Shown here: piece by piece, positions 39,411-52,384 of the stretch
Numbering within the stretch: position 1 is the stretch's first letter
Layout of the letters: each line of letters opens with the position of its first letter
Assembly: GCA_035221665.1 (NCBI GenBank)
Contig: CM069149.1
Coordinates: 44,826,001-44,890,000 of the forward strand
Length of the DNA: 64,000 nt
Direction of reading: 5' to 3'
Source: Okamejei kenojei
Taxonomy: Eukaryota
The notes under the pieces: generated by a model
Databases searched by the model: none
What the model was told of the DNA's origin: nothing
The model's input: the letters and a program-made list of their open reading frames with translations, nothing else
Program-made: the position numbers and the translations under genes

Positions 39411-40944
39411 TACCCTCTAACTCTACTTTGAGGTCTTTGTTTTCAACCTGCTACCTAACTCCCTAAATTATCTTTGCAGGACCTCATCTGTCTTCCTAGC
39501 CATGACCTCTGGCAGCTCATGTTCCCCCTAAATAATGTCATCTCCCCGCACCGAGATGACCTTCACTGAGGCCCTGGGGAGGCAACTCACCTTACTGGAG
39601 TCTCACTTGTGGCCCAGGACCGCCTGTCTCTGTCTCTGACTATAGAGTCTCCCATCACTAGTGCTGACATTGTCTTTGGCCTGCCCAGCTTGACACCAGA
39701 GCCAGGCATGTTGCCAGTGATCTGGCTGCTGCTATTTTCCTCTGAGAGTTCATCCCCCAATAGGATCTAAACTGGAGTGTTTGCTTGAGAGGGAGATAGC
39801 AGTCACCCAACAACCTGTGATGTGACCGCTCCCTGAAACTATTTGTTGAGAATCATCGAGACCAGCAGACAATTGTTCCTGCACTTATGTCCCAAATGAT
39901 AAATATATTGTTTATTTGTTTTAATGAAGGAAAAGTTATGCTCTTGTGCAGAACAGCATTATGGTTGTCTTTAGTGCTATTTGACGAAATTATAAATTTC
40001 AGTAGGTTTTCAACGAAACATTTAAATGAAAAAGTATTAACTTCACTTTTTGCTGCATGAAGTGTCAGGTTGAGAGAAACAGTGTCCCATTGTCTACAGT
40101 TAATCATGATGTGAGAATTGTTTATACAGCTGCTGTAAGTGAATGAAACGCTAATTATTAGCTGTTGAGTGGAAAATGCCACCAACTGTTTAAGGGTTTT
40201 TGTATGTGATCTGATAATATATAACATCTTGTTGTCTGATTTTTATCCAAAATTCTCTGCCCTCAATTTCTCAAATAAATAATGTTTTGAGTTAATTTCT
40301 ATATAATTGTGAGTGAAAAGAAAGGTACTCATTTTGTTTGCTGGCCTTGTTCCCTCTGGCACTGTAGATGTGAATTTGCTCATTGCATTTTACAGTCCTT
40401 AATTGGTATTTTATCATAATGTTGTTTTAGTAAGATTTTATTTTTATGGTTGCTCTAATTTCTATTTCAGAGTGAAAGAGCTCCAGAATAGAATATGTAT
40501 ACTTATTTATCTATTAATGAAATATATATTTGTTCAACAAAAAACACATTCCTCCAGGACTTAATTCCAAGTAGTTGCGATGATGAATTGGAAATGTAGG
40601 GATTAGTTCTTGCAGACATAGAAATCTATCGGTAAGTCAAGCTCCATATACTGTGCCTCACTTCCCAAACCTAAGGCTCCCCTTTTGTTGGGCTGCATGG
40701 GATAACTCTCCTACTCCCCCCTTCCCAATGGGCTTTGAATCCCAGTCCTGCCTCTGTGTAAAGCCCCAGGACCTCATTCCTAACTGCCAAATACTTCCAA
40801 TAGGGTTGAACTTTCAAAGGAGGAGCAAGGACATTTTTAGGTGATGTTCTCAGGGATCACTGCAGGCACCAGCACTATTCCTGAAGTACTTTAATGGCTC
40901 GGACTGGGGTGCACAATGAGCAGATGATACAATATCTTGGGGAA

Positions 40945-41078
40945 ACAAGGAACCACAGATGTTGGTTTCCCAAGGTCAGTCTGAAGAAGGGTCCTGACCC
41001 ATAATGTCACCTCTCCATGATTCTCCAGGGATGCTACCGGACCTGCTGAATTACTCCAGCATTTTGTGTCTTTCCTTG
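40945..41078 (+). mobile_element. Degenerate PLE terminal repeat with decayed hammerhead
   Basis: cagtctgaagaagggtcctgacccataatgtcacc...ttactccagcattttgtgtc. Confidence 0.7.
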
Positions 41079-41699
41079 ACACACATCATGGCTTACATTC
41101 ATCGATAGCCTGGTGCAATGGTCACACAATCAGCTTCTGAATGTGAATACAGGAAAGCAGATCCATGTGGGAAGAACAAAAAAGATGCAATAATTAAAGG
41201 GTTCATTTCCAAAGGGAATGCAGGAGATGAGGAATCTGGAGGTATATGCACATAAATATGTGAAGGCGATAGGATAAAGCATTTGGCACAAAATAAAGGT
41301 GATAATGGACAAACTTATGATGAGCTCTAGAATTTAGTACATCTAGAACTTAATTATTTCACTCATTTCTACTCGCTGAAATTTGAGAAGGATCATGAAA
41401 ATCTGGGAAGATGAAGAGAAATATTGAGCAGTTGTATCCTGGGGAAATTGTTCTCCTTGGATTTTGATTTTATTGACATTTTATTTTTCATGGGATTGCG
41501 CCGTGTAATCATGGTACAAGATTATCTAATTTTAGAGGCATAATTTTCCATTCTCTATTAGATTGCTTCTTTATTCCGTACTCTCTTCTCTAATTCCCTT
41601 GATTACAGTTTAGTGACTTTGTTCTACACCATCTTTACAACTTTGTCCTCTGATGTAGAAGATCCAAATCAAGCCACTATATTCTAATGTCATTTATTT

Positions 41700-41757
41700 A
41701 TTTATCCTTTTCTCCAGAGATGCTGCCTGGTCTGCTGAGTTACTCCAGCATTTAGTG
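41700..41757 (+). mobile_element. PLE terminal-repeat fragment
   Basis: ttctccagagatgctgcctggtctgctgagttactccagcattt between duplicated tgtcatttatt flanks. Confidence 0.7.
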
Positions 41758-43269
41758 TCATTTATTTATTCTTTGTCTTAAAATCTGTGAACTGGTATGG
41801 CCTTTTGCAATTAGCAGTTTCCCTTCTTACTTCTGAAGATTTGATTCCCTGCAATTTTTGCTTTTTTCTTTCTTTCTTAGGGTTAGGGGTATGTGTTCAC
41901 TCATTCTTTCTGCGACGCAAGAACCTCACCCTTTATTTGAGGATAATAATCCCTGAATGCTGAACAACGGGAGAATGCTCCCATTTACATTCTCCACTCA
42001 ACACATTCCATACTTCCCATGCTGGTTGTTGTTGTTCACCCAAGAGTCAAGAGAAAGTCAAAAGTGTTTAATTATCATAGGTACCGAAAATGGAACAATG
42101 GCATTCTTATTTGTAGCAACATAACAAGTCTATAAAAACAATGCTCATAGATAACACAATTAATGGGAGAAAATACAATATTTTTAAAAAAATCACATCT
42201 TCACTAGCATGCTCAGTTTAACCTTAAGCTTCCTACAGTAATTCCATAAACATCTTTTGCAAATGCAATTACACAAGGAATCACAACATAAGTTGGCAAA
42301 TTGAGTGATCTGTTGTTGCAATACTGTGTTAGTATTTAAGAATGGATCCCAATTTCATGCGGAATCAGTCTTTCCTTCTATCCCGCTTCTCCATACATTG
42401 GTTATTAATTACTTTGTGATGTTCAGGTGCTTTAGACAGATTTGCAAAGCCATTTTTAATGGTCAGAGACCAAACAAGTAGGGGGTGCCTATTTTGGATG
42501 ATTGTTCAGAAATGAAGGTGGCTATTTAAGACATGGGGTGACAATCAGAAAAAGAAAAAGGAGATTGTGAAGATGATCAAGTCAGAAGTGGATAAATGTT
42601 TAAAGAATTCAAACGCTATGAGATAGGGTTGAGAATCAGACTGAATGAACAGCTGAATCAGAGAACTGATAGACTGGTGAGGAAAGATATTTTATAATTC
42701 CTAAAGATAGTATAGAGTAGATTTCTATCCAATGGCACCCTGGTGTACAGAATCACATCTGCCTCCAGTCAACCGAAAAGAGGGAAAAGTGAAGAAAGCA
42801 CGTGAAATTGATTACAATTAAAAGCCTTGCGTTTCTGTATATTTTTTTAATTCTATGTTATTGTTGTCAATGTTGGCAATTATCATTGAAATTTAGGATG
42901 TACAATCTGGGAATGTTTATCTTGCCATCCCAGGTAAATGAATTGAAAGGAAGTTTACTGCATCAAAGGAGAATGTTTACTGATTTTCATACAGATTAGA
43001 ACCATATGGGAATGGGGGATACTTATGTGGTGCTGGATGTTTCCTCAAGTCTTGATTTTGGCAAATAGACATATTTTGCTGTTCCAACATTACCAGACAG
43101 AGTTGACAAACCTAACTCGCTAAATGGATGATAATCAATGATTAGCAGTGCAGTTGCTGTTTACAACAGCGACAGAGAGAGAAGTCGTACATACGATTCC
43201 TGTAGCCCTCCCACACTCGCCCTTCTTCTGTGGGGCAGGGTCTAGCTCCCAGTAATTTGGACATCTAGC

Positions 43270-43620
43270 ACATTGGCCTAGATAGGATAGACAGTCAAAA
43301 TCTTTTTTCCAGGATGCAAATATCAAATACTGGAGAGCGTAGCTTTAAGGTGAGAGAGGCAAAGTTTAAAGGAGATGTGCCGGGCAAGTCTTCTTACACA
43401 GAGGGTGGTGTGTGTCTGGAACACACTGCCAGGGGTTGGTGATGGAGGCAGATTCGATCCCAGCATTTAAGAGACTTTTGGATAGGGACATGGATAGGCA
43501 GGGAAAGGAGAGATATGGGTTATGCGCAGGCAGATAAGTGTTGACCTCGGCATCATGTTTGGCATTGATATTGCGGGCTGAAGGGCCTGTTCCTTTGCTG
43601 CACTCTTCCATTTTCTATGT
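43270..43620 (+). mobile_element. CR1 3' end fragment
   Basis: tttaaggtgagagaggcaaagtttaaagga...cagagggtggtg...gggctgaagggcctgttcc. Confidence 0.8.
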
Positions 43621-44921
43621 AGTCCTTATAATATGGCTAAGTTATGCAGGGGTCAGAGGGCTCATAACATTGCTGGACACACATAATGGAAAAACGTACC
43701 CAGTCCCTCCTGACATGTCAAAGTGATACTAATCCCTGTGAGATCATGTTGCTCTGGTCAATGACTAACTGAAAGAGGAAGATGTACTTCAAAGCAGCTG
43801 GTGTCATCATAGTGGGATCATAACCATGGGAAAAGGAATTCAGTCTCGCAAGGCAACTGCTGATATAATCTTCTTCCTAATAAACTTCAAGAAGAGGCAG
43901 AATTTAATGGATGAACACGGAAATTAACATTCAGGATCCATTGCATGTTGTTCCAATCTGCATATTCCTGGAGCAGAAGCTGTTTCTGTTGAGAAAATCG
44001 GTTCCATGAATGGTCATTGGTCTCTCAGTGTCCCCCCCTGTGTTACAGCCAAGCCCTCACAGTGCCTGCACTTATGCAGCTACACTGAGTGCCGTCCACT
44101 TCTGGTGGGACAGCCAGGCCAGCAGAGAAGTGAGGAAGGCTTTTGATTTATAGAGATTGTAAGGTCATGTGCAGCTAATGATGTACCCTTCAAACTGCAG
44201 TTAGTGTTGCAATATAGAATGGAAGTCCATTTCTGCAACATCATAGTGACCAGATTTATCCGTTCTTGTGATTTCAATTGAAAGATAAGTATTAACTGGC
44301 GGACTAGGTCATCGCAGATGCTTATCTTTCCAACAGACCACAAGATCTATTACATCTTTATGGGTGGTGGTGGCAATGCTCAGCTCAATGCCTTGTTTGG
44401 ACGAATGAACTCATTAAATGGATAACCAGCCTGGAATTTTGTGCCCAAGGATTTGGCGTGGGACTTAAGCCCACAATCATCTGCGTCAGCGATGACAGCA
44501 CTATTTACCGACCCTCAAATGCCACAAGGAAGTTTTGCTTTCCAGTTGCACTTTGTTCTCGGTAGGGACCTTAATTCTGAAACTGCTTTGGATTTATTTT
44601 GTTGCCCTGAGTCATGCTTTCTGTTGCCCATTGTCTTCCCCACCCTGTTTCTGGAATGTAGCTGACCAGAGAACTAATACAGGACGGATTTTGCAATTAA
44701 TTCTGATGCCGTAATCCAAAGAAAAAAGATCAATATGAAATACCATCAGTTATCCTGCCTTCACCGCAGTTGACTCAAGATGAATGTATGGCTGATGCAA
44801 GGATAGCATTCCAATGTAAAAAATCACTTCCTCTGTATTGCTGTTCTATATAGTGCCTAATACAGACATTGCCCTTAAAATATAGACTTGCTCTGAGCAA
44901 AACGGCTGCCCCTAACTATCT

Positions 44922-45195
44922 AAGCTGGAGTAACTCAGCGGGACAGGCAACATCACTGGAGAGAAGGACATTTTTTTTTCAAAATATACTTAATTCGAGA
45001 AATAAATATATACAATCTACGTTCCTTACAAAACGCCATCCGACATTCTCGGAGGCTATACATACATTGTATGTCAATAGTCAATAGTCTATTTCTTGTG
45101 ATGGAGACTGTGAGATCAAGAAAGGGGAAGGAGGTGTCGGAGATGGTCCGAGTTAATTTGAGTGCAGGATGAAAATTAGTGGTGAAGTTGATAAC
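44922..45195 (-). mobile_element. Deleted PLE copy: reverse-transcriptase fragment joined to terminal repeat, interrupted by a poly(A)-tailed insertion (about 44970-45086)
   Basis: 45087-45192 on the minus strand translates to INFTTNFHPALKLTRTISDTSFPFLDLTVSITRNR, resembling the PLE RT HP.LKFT...(L/F)PFLD region. Repeat arm at 44922-44967; taactatct on both flanks. Confidence 0.7.
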
Positions 45196-45509
45196 TAACT
45201 AACTATCTGCCTTAATTGCTTAGCTTAGTTGAAGTGTCAGTGTTGCATGTTGATCACTTTATATGCTTGCCATCCCTTTATGATTTTTTATTTTATTTTT
45301 TAAAACAGAAGGAAAGTTCTATGATTTAAAAGTCAGTTAAAGTATTGCTGAAAGTGGGGAGGTACAAATTTTACAATTTCTGCAGTCGTCCGTCATTATA
45401 ACATACTGATCTAAAACATAATTTCTGTAGCTAAATAGGTATACATGAATCGCAATTCGTGTGTAGCTTCAAAAAACCTGACTGAATTTGGTTTTCTGAG
45501 TCCTTGGAT

Positions 45510-45902
45510 AGAGTCATAACGACATAGAGCGCGGAAAATGCACTTTGGCCCAACTTGTCCATGGTGATCAAGATGCCCCTTCTATGCTAGTCCCATTTGC
45601 CCACATTTTTCCATATTTCTAAACCTTTTTATTCCATGTAGCTGTCCAAGTGTCTTTTAAATACTGTTGTATCTGCCTCAATTATCTCTTCTGGCAGTTC
45701 ATTCCATATACCCACCACCCACTGTGTGAAAAAGTTGCCCCTCTGACCTATTAAATCTTTCCCCTCTCACCTTAAACCTATGTCCTCTGGTTCCTGACTT
45801 GCCTACCCTGGGGCAGTCTTTGTGCATTCACCCTATCAATTACCATCGTGATTTTATACACCTCCATAAGATAACCCCTTTGCCTCATGTGCTGCAAGGA
45901 AT
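45510..45902 (-). mobile_element. CR1 3' end fragment
   Basis: Same subfamily as 16670-16975. Confidence 0.8.
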
Positions 45903-46439
45903 AATCAGACAATAATTCTATCTAATGATAGCCATTGTCTGATTATTATTGTCCCATATCAAGCTGTGAAGTAGTGAAATGTTGAGGAGATATTATTGGC
46001 CTTGAGTGTGTACGGGTATGAAGTTTAACAATAAAGGTCCCCACAGTTCTACTCCTTTCCACACTATTTTTGTATCTTGCATGTACTTTGTTTCTGTTTT
46101 ATTTCGCTTAAAGCCATTAACAGCTGCAGTAACCAGAGCCTAAATATTTATTCCCATGGGATTCCTAAGGCACATTACTGAAATTCTATTTATTAAACTG
46201 TTTAATAGTTTGTATCCTTTTAATACAAATAATTATCCGTTAATCATTGTTGCAACAAAACAGAGGAGAAGATGAGATCTGGCGATATTTTAATCTGTGG
46301 CAGCAAAATGCAAATTGGATATCTGCAGTTAATTGTATTTACAGATATACATTCTATGTTCCTGTACACCTTGTGTATTAATTCATTATTAATGATGGGG
46401 TTTAATCACCTCACCTGAAATGCTCTCACGTTGAAATAC

Positions 46440-48320
46440 CTGTCACCTGAGCAGACTCATTTCCCAATGCAAGGTCCAATATAATCCCTCCTCTGTTTGT
46501 ACGATCAAGAAACCCTTTCAAGGAAACTTGCAATGAAGTAAACTTACTTTCTGCCCACCAGTCTGATCATGTTCATCAAACTGTCCCTGTCTAACCTTCC
46601 TTTTAGACTTGCTCCTCATAACCTCGATCTTGTCATCAGTCTCTCCACATGCTACTACTCAGGTTTCCACCCCGCAGTCACTAGTTTAAACCCTTCCGGC
46701 GAGCAGGAATGAGCCTCTCTGCCAGGACATTAATTCCCCCGCTGTTCGGATACAACACATCCCTCTTGCACAGGTCTCCCCTGCCCAGGAAGAGATCCTA
46801 GTGATCCATGGTTAAGAAGGTTCAATCTTTGGGTGTTAATGGCGGAGTAGCAAGATGGATTCAACAGTGGCTGAATGGGAGATGTCAGAGAGTAATGGTG
46901 GATGGCTGTTTGTCAGGTTGGAAGCCGGTGACCAGTGGGGTGCCTCAGGGATCTGTGTTGGGTCCACTGTTGTTTGTCATGTACATCAATGATCTGGATG
47001 ATGGGGTGGAAAATTGGATAAGTAAGTATGCAGATGATACTAAGATAGGTGATGTTGTAGATAATGAAGTAGATTTTTAAAGTCTACAGAGAGATTTGGG
47101 CCATTTGGAAAAGTGGGCTGAAAGATGGCAGATGGAGTTTAATGCTGTTAAGTGTGAAGTGCTACATCTTGGCAGGACAAATCAAAATAGGACGTACATG
47201 GTAAATGGTAGGGAATTGAGGAATGCTGTGGAACAGAGGGATCTAGGAATAACTGTGCATAGTTCCCTGAAGGTGGAATCGCATGTAGATAGGGTGGTAA
47301 AGAAAGCCTTTGGTGTGGTGGCCTTTATAAATCAGATCTTTGAATATAGGAGTAGGGAAGTAATGTTAAAATTGTACAAGGCATTGGTAAGACCAATTCT
47401 GGAGTATGGTGTACAATTTTGGTCGCCTAGTTATAGGAAGGATGTCAACAAAATAGAGAGAGTACAGAGGAGATTTACTAGAATGTTGCCAGGGTTCCAG
47501 CAACTCTGTTACAGAGAAAGGTTGAACAAGTTAGGTCTTTATTCTTTGGAGCGCAGAAGGTTAAGGGGGGACTTGATTGAGGTCTTTAAAATGATGAAAG
47601 GGATAGACAGAGTTGACGTGGATACGTTTTTCCCATTGAGGGTAGGGAAGAATCAAACAAGAGGGCATGACATGAGAATTAAGGGACAGAAGTTTAGGGG
47701 TAACGTGAGGGGGAACTTCTTTATTCAGAGGGTGGTGGCTGTGTGGAATGAGCTTCCAGCAGAAGTGGTGGAGGCAGGATCGATTTTAACATTTAAAAGT
47801 AAAGTGGATAGGTATATGGACGTGAAGGGAATGGAGGGGTATGGAGGGAATGGAGCAGGTAGATGGGACTAGGGGAAAACAAATGGTCGGCACGGACTGG
47901 AAGGGCCGAGAGGGCCTGTTTCCGTGCTGTAATTGTTATATGGTTATATGTTATATGGTTATATACGAAGCCCACCCTCCTGCATTAGCTCCTTAGCTAC
48001 GTATTGAACTGCACTATCTTTCTGCTTCTTGCCTCACAAGCTAGTAGCACTAGCTCATTACAACCCTGGAGGGTCCAGTTTTTTAACCTGTTACCAAACA
48101 GCCTAAATACTCCTTGCAGGACCCCATCTCCCTTCTCCTTATGCCATTGGTAGCAATATGGACCACATTCTCTGCTTGCTCCCTCTCCCCACTCAGAATA
48201 GTCCATGTCCCCACAGAGTTATCCTTGACGCTGGCACCAGGAAGAGAACACACCTTCCTGGAGTCTCATTTTCTGCCACAGAGACTTCTATATGTACCCC
48301 TGATGTAGAGGTTTCTATCA
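46440..48320 (-). mobile_element. Old CR1 5'-region remnant, split by the young CR1 at 46807-47965
   Basis: Flanks 46620-46806 and 47966-48320 are collinear with the similar remnant at 37600-38050 and 39410-39840. Confidence 0.55.
46807..47965 (+). mobile_element. Young 5'-truncated CR1/HER1 LINE (RT domain to 3' tail) with one in-frame stop
   Basis: [14 protein letters not shown]...YADDTK in ORF 46808-47080, TAA at 47078-47080, same frame continues in ORF 47096-47872; (ttatatgg)n tail. Confidence 0.95.
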
Positions 48321-48562
48321 GTATTAACCCCTTGTACGATCATCATAGTTTATTGATTTCCTATCTTGAAAATAGTTGCATTGAATTTCAAATAACTCAG
48401 ACATGGTAAATGCTGTCCAATCATTTCTACATCCCTGGCCCAGATAAACATGATTAGCCTAGATTGTCACTAAAATTCTGTTCATAGAAATATGTATAAA
48501 TACAATGTTTTTTTGGTAAATCTGTGGGTAAACCTGCTAAGAGGTGGAATTATTGACTCAAA

Positions 48563-48872
48563 GGTAGACAAAAATGCTGGAGAAACCCAGCGGGTGAGGC
48601 AGCATCTGTGGAGCGAAGGAATAGGTGACGATTGAATAATCAGCCATGATCATATTGAATGGCGGTGCAGGCTCGTAGGGCCGAATGGCCTACTCCTGCA
48701 CCTATTTTCTATGTTTCTATGTTTCTATGAGACCCTTCTTCAGATTGAAGAAGGGTCTCGACCCGAAACGTCACCTATTCCTTCGCTTCACGGATGCTGC
48801 CTCACTCGCTGAGTTTCTCCAGCATTTTTGTCTACCTGCGAATTTTCCAGCATCTGCAGTTCTTTCTTAAAT
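48563..48872. mobile_element. PLE fold-back pair with head-to-head hammerhead cores; left arm interrupted by a CR1 3' tail (48631-48728)
   Basis: Centre reads gagacccttcttcag-a-ttgaagaagggtctc. 16-bp TSD gaat(t/c)attgactcaaa at 48547-48562 and 48873-48888. Confidence 0.85.
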
Positions 48873-50404
48873 GAATCATTGACTCAAACCTGCGTAAGTA
48901 CATCACTCGTCAAACAAAAAGAAAAACCGTTTGAATGGGAAAGACCCACTAAGGGAGTGAGCGTGGGGTGTAGAAATCTGTAACCACCACCAAGGGAATT
49001 GTTTCTCATTATAACCTCTGGCGGAAAGGACTGTAAATTGTTCTGAGAGGCAGTCATTTGTTGTAGATTAGACTGTACAAATATTTTGACACTTTGGCAC
49101 GGCGGTGTTACAAATCACGGAGATGTTGGGCAAATCTGCCATCAATTCAAATCCATTCACTTGACAATACAGGTCAATGGGAGCGAGCTGCAGATAAATG
49201 TTTCTTTTAAGATTACGATTTCTTAATTTTCCAAACAGCATCGTGTTATCCACCACCCCAAGTCTTTTACCCAGAATCAGAGAACATAGGTTTAATGTAA
49301 AAGGGGTACAGTTTAATATGAACCTGACGGGTAATTTTTTCACACAGATATTTATACTGCGTTATCTGCGTTTAGAATTATGCACTATTGTCCAACAAGA
49401 GCATAGAAAATGGTGTGTGAAATATATAGAATGAGAGTAAAATATGCACATAATGTAGCAGAAACACTGCCATTTTGCTGTGACTATCTCATTCTTCATA
49501 ATGTATTTCTGTTTATACAAAACAAATCCATTACAGGGACATTTATTCTCCTGAAACATCCTAAATTCTACCCACCCTGTATTTAGTGCAGACGATGGTA
49601 CAGATGATACTCGTGGTGTAGGATGGGGCTGGGTATCCAATGGGGAGTTTGCAGAAAGCACACTGTTGGTAAATCATTGATTGCATTCCCATCCTCTGAG
49701 GGAACATTCCAAGTTGGAAGCATTGAATTGTGAAATCACTATGTTCTTTACAGCATCAATATAATAATAATCAGTCTTATCGGTACAGTTTTATAATGCA
49801 ATAGAAACTGTTTAGTTTCACTACTTTATAATCCAATTGTTGATCACACTGCCCTTGTGATTCTAGAAAGAATACCCCAAATCTACTTTCTTATTTTTGC
49901 AATGTCGAATTCCATTCGTTTAATTATAATTTATCTTTACAATCTCCGTACAACATGGAAACACAAATGTGAGGAAATGTGTGTTATTGCGTGTCATGAA
50001 ACATGAATATATTCAATCGATTAGATTCATATCAAATGAAGTTTCACTCAGGGTGCCATGGAAATGGAATGAGTTGCCGGAGGAAGTGGTAGAGGCAGTT
50101 TCAATGATGACATTAAGTGGGGCGAGCTCAGTTAGCCCACTTGTTTGGTATGGACGAGTTGGGCCAGAGTGCCTGTTTCCATGCCGCTATAACTTCATGA
50201 CTCTTAAGTATAACTAATCAGGTTACTCATTAACCAATTAAGTTATACATTCTTTTCAAAGTCATAATAAGTGCGAGATTCACTTAAGGAGGAAATATTA
50301 ATCCTTCAATAACCAAATAGCCAACAGTCCATTGTTTTTAATAATAAACACTTAAAATTGAAAATTGAGAGACAACACAGAACAGGTCTTTCAGCCACTA
50401 AGTC

Positions 50405-51437
50405 TAGCAATGTTACAACATTTTGAGATTAAAAAAATCAAGTCTGCAATTTATCCTATCAGATAAAGCATAAAATTAAGTTTAATTTGACACCTAATTC
50501 ACTTTCATATCTTCAGTATTAAAAAAGTTATGGCCATTTTCATACTCGGAAATTAGCATCTTGCTCCCCATTGCCTTTCCATTGGCTTAACACAAAAGCT
50601 GTGATCTAGGACAGTCAAAAGCCGATAACTTTCTTAAAAATTAAGAGAACTCAATTAAATTTTCAGTTATTATAGATTGAAGCATTCTGAAACAAATATG
50701 AAACAATATTACTTGGATGACCTGAAATTAAAGCATATAATTAGTTAGTTACCTAATTGTAGCTAATTACAAAATTCAATTACTAGATCTAACCATCTAT
50801 CCATTTCTTAAGAAAAGATAAACTTTTTTTAATTGCCTAAGTGTCCAAATAACATTCACACAATAATTCACAATATAACATGATTTTTAAATCTCATTTT
50901 CATGAATTTATAGGCCAAATGGAAGGAATTTAGTGTTTAATTCCTGTAAATTAATGGCCATTTAAATCAACTTGCGAGTGGGTTTTAGTGGAACGCGGTG
51001 GATTGGAACGTTGCGGTTTGCGGTGAAGTCGGCAGGAAAAACACTGCCGGTTCATACTTTTTTTTTGTCCCCATTTCGCAACATGAAAATGTGATTAAAG
51101 GCTTCCGAAAAACCAAGTTTTAATGTAAAAATAAACGGTGTACTTTATTTTCTCCCCTACGTAAAATCCTTCCCGTTGTCGGTGCTCACGGCTTTAGAAG
51201 ATGATTTTTAAATTACCCTAGTTAATAAATAATCTAGCATAATTTAAAAATACCTTCATGAATGAAATGTCAGAGCGATTTTTCTTCAGCAACGAAATCC
51301 CCCGACATGGATCGATTTGCCCTGTCTGTGGAAAAACAGCACTTTAAACATGCCCCCCTCTGAAAGGCGCCAAAATCACGCACACGGGGAGCGGCAGAAC
51401 TGCAGCGCTGCTCAAGGTATGTTTTGTAACATACCTT
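50405..51437. mobile_element. Unclassified 1033-bp non-autonomous DNA transposon
   Basis: Imperfect short TIRs tagcaatgttacaa and ttgtaacatacctt. 7-bp TSD ctaagtc at 50398-50404 and 51438-51444. Splits a decayed HE1-type SINE (50368-50404 and 51445-51600). Confidence 0.7.
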
Positions 51438-52384
51438 CTAAGTCCTCAACAACCATCAACCACCTCAAACTGTACATCAATCCTATCAATTTACCAACAC
51501 GATAGAGGCAAATTATTATGACCAGAGCCTACCAACCCACACATCTTTGTGGAATCCCACATGGTCAAAGGGAGAACAAGCAAACTCCACCTAGACAGCA
51601 ATGGTGGCAATGGATGAGCAGGATGGAGGTGGAATGATTGGTGACATAAAAGGAGAAGGTTGCTACACACAATAAACTACAAACTTTAGGTGCAATAATG
51701 TATGGGTATGCAGTGTGAGTGTACAGGAATACACTGCTACAGATTGCTGGAAATGTGTACCTTTGAGACCATTTCCTTTGTAAAATTGCCATTTCTAAAA
51801 TGTCACTGTGTCTGACACATGGCAGCAGAGGAACTTGGAGGAATAGTGACTCTTGTGGCTGAGAGCAACTTCCCATTCCCTTCCACATGTCTTCGTATTT
51901 GGCACCGTTGCTGGAAAGTTGGTCAGCTGCCTGCCTTCTTGGCAGCAGTGGATATTTAATGTGTGGCTGTACAGACTAACTTACACCGAATATAACATTT
52001 TGGATGAGATTCATATATCAGAGAATAGTCTCCATAAAATGCTATAAAAATGACAATTGTAAATCAAATACCATTTGCTGAAACTGGCAATTCACTTCAC
52101 CAATGTCTTCAAGCCATTGTGCGTGAAGGAAATAATGGATATTGTTGGATGGATGGATGCCCCTTGAATTCTTATTTAAACTCAGTACCAAACATTAAGT
52201 CCTTGGCTGAAGCATTTTTTTTAAGGAGCATTTAACATTTACAAAAGCTGTCGTGGGCAGAATTCTAGCCATTTTTTTCTGTCACTGAATATACATGGAG
52301 TTCCCTTTGTCACTGCGTCTGAAAGAGTGGAAATAGGTGAAGCGATATCTACAAAGTGTTTACAACACAAGATTACGTTGTTTT

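Noticed and set aside
47096-47872. 258-aa ORF as a host or domesticated gene
   Set aside because: It is CR1 ORF2 sequence, 5'-truncated, preceded by an in-frame stop and followed by a LINE tail.
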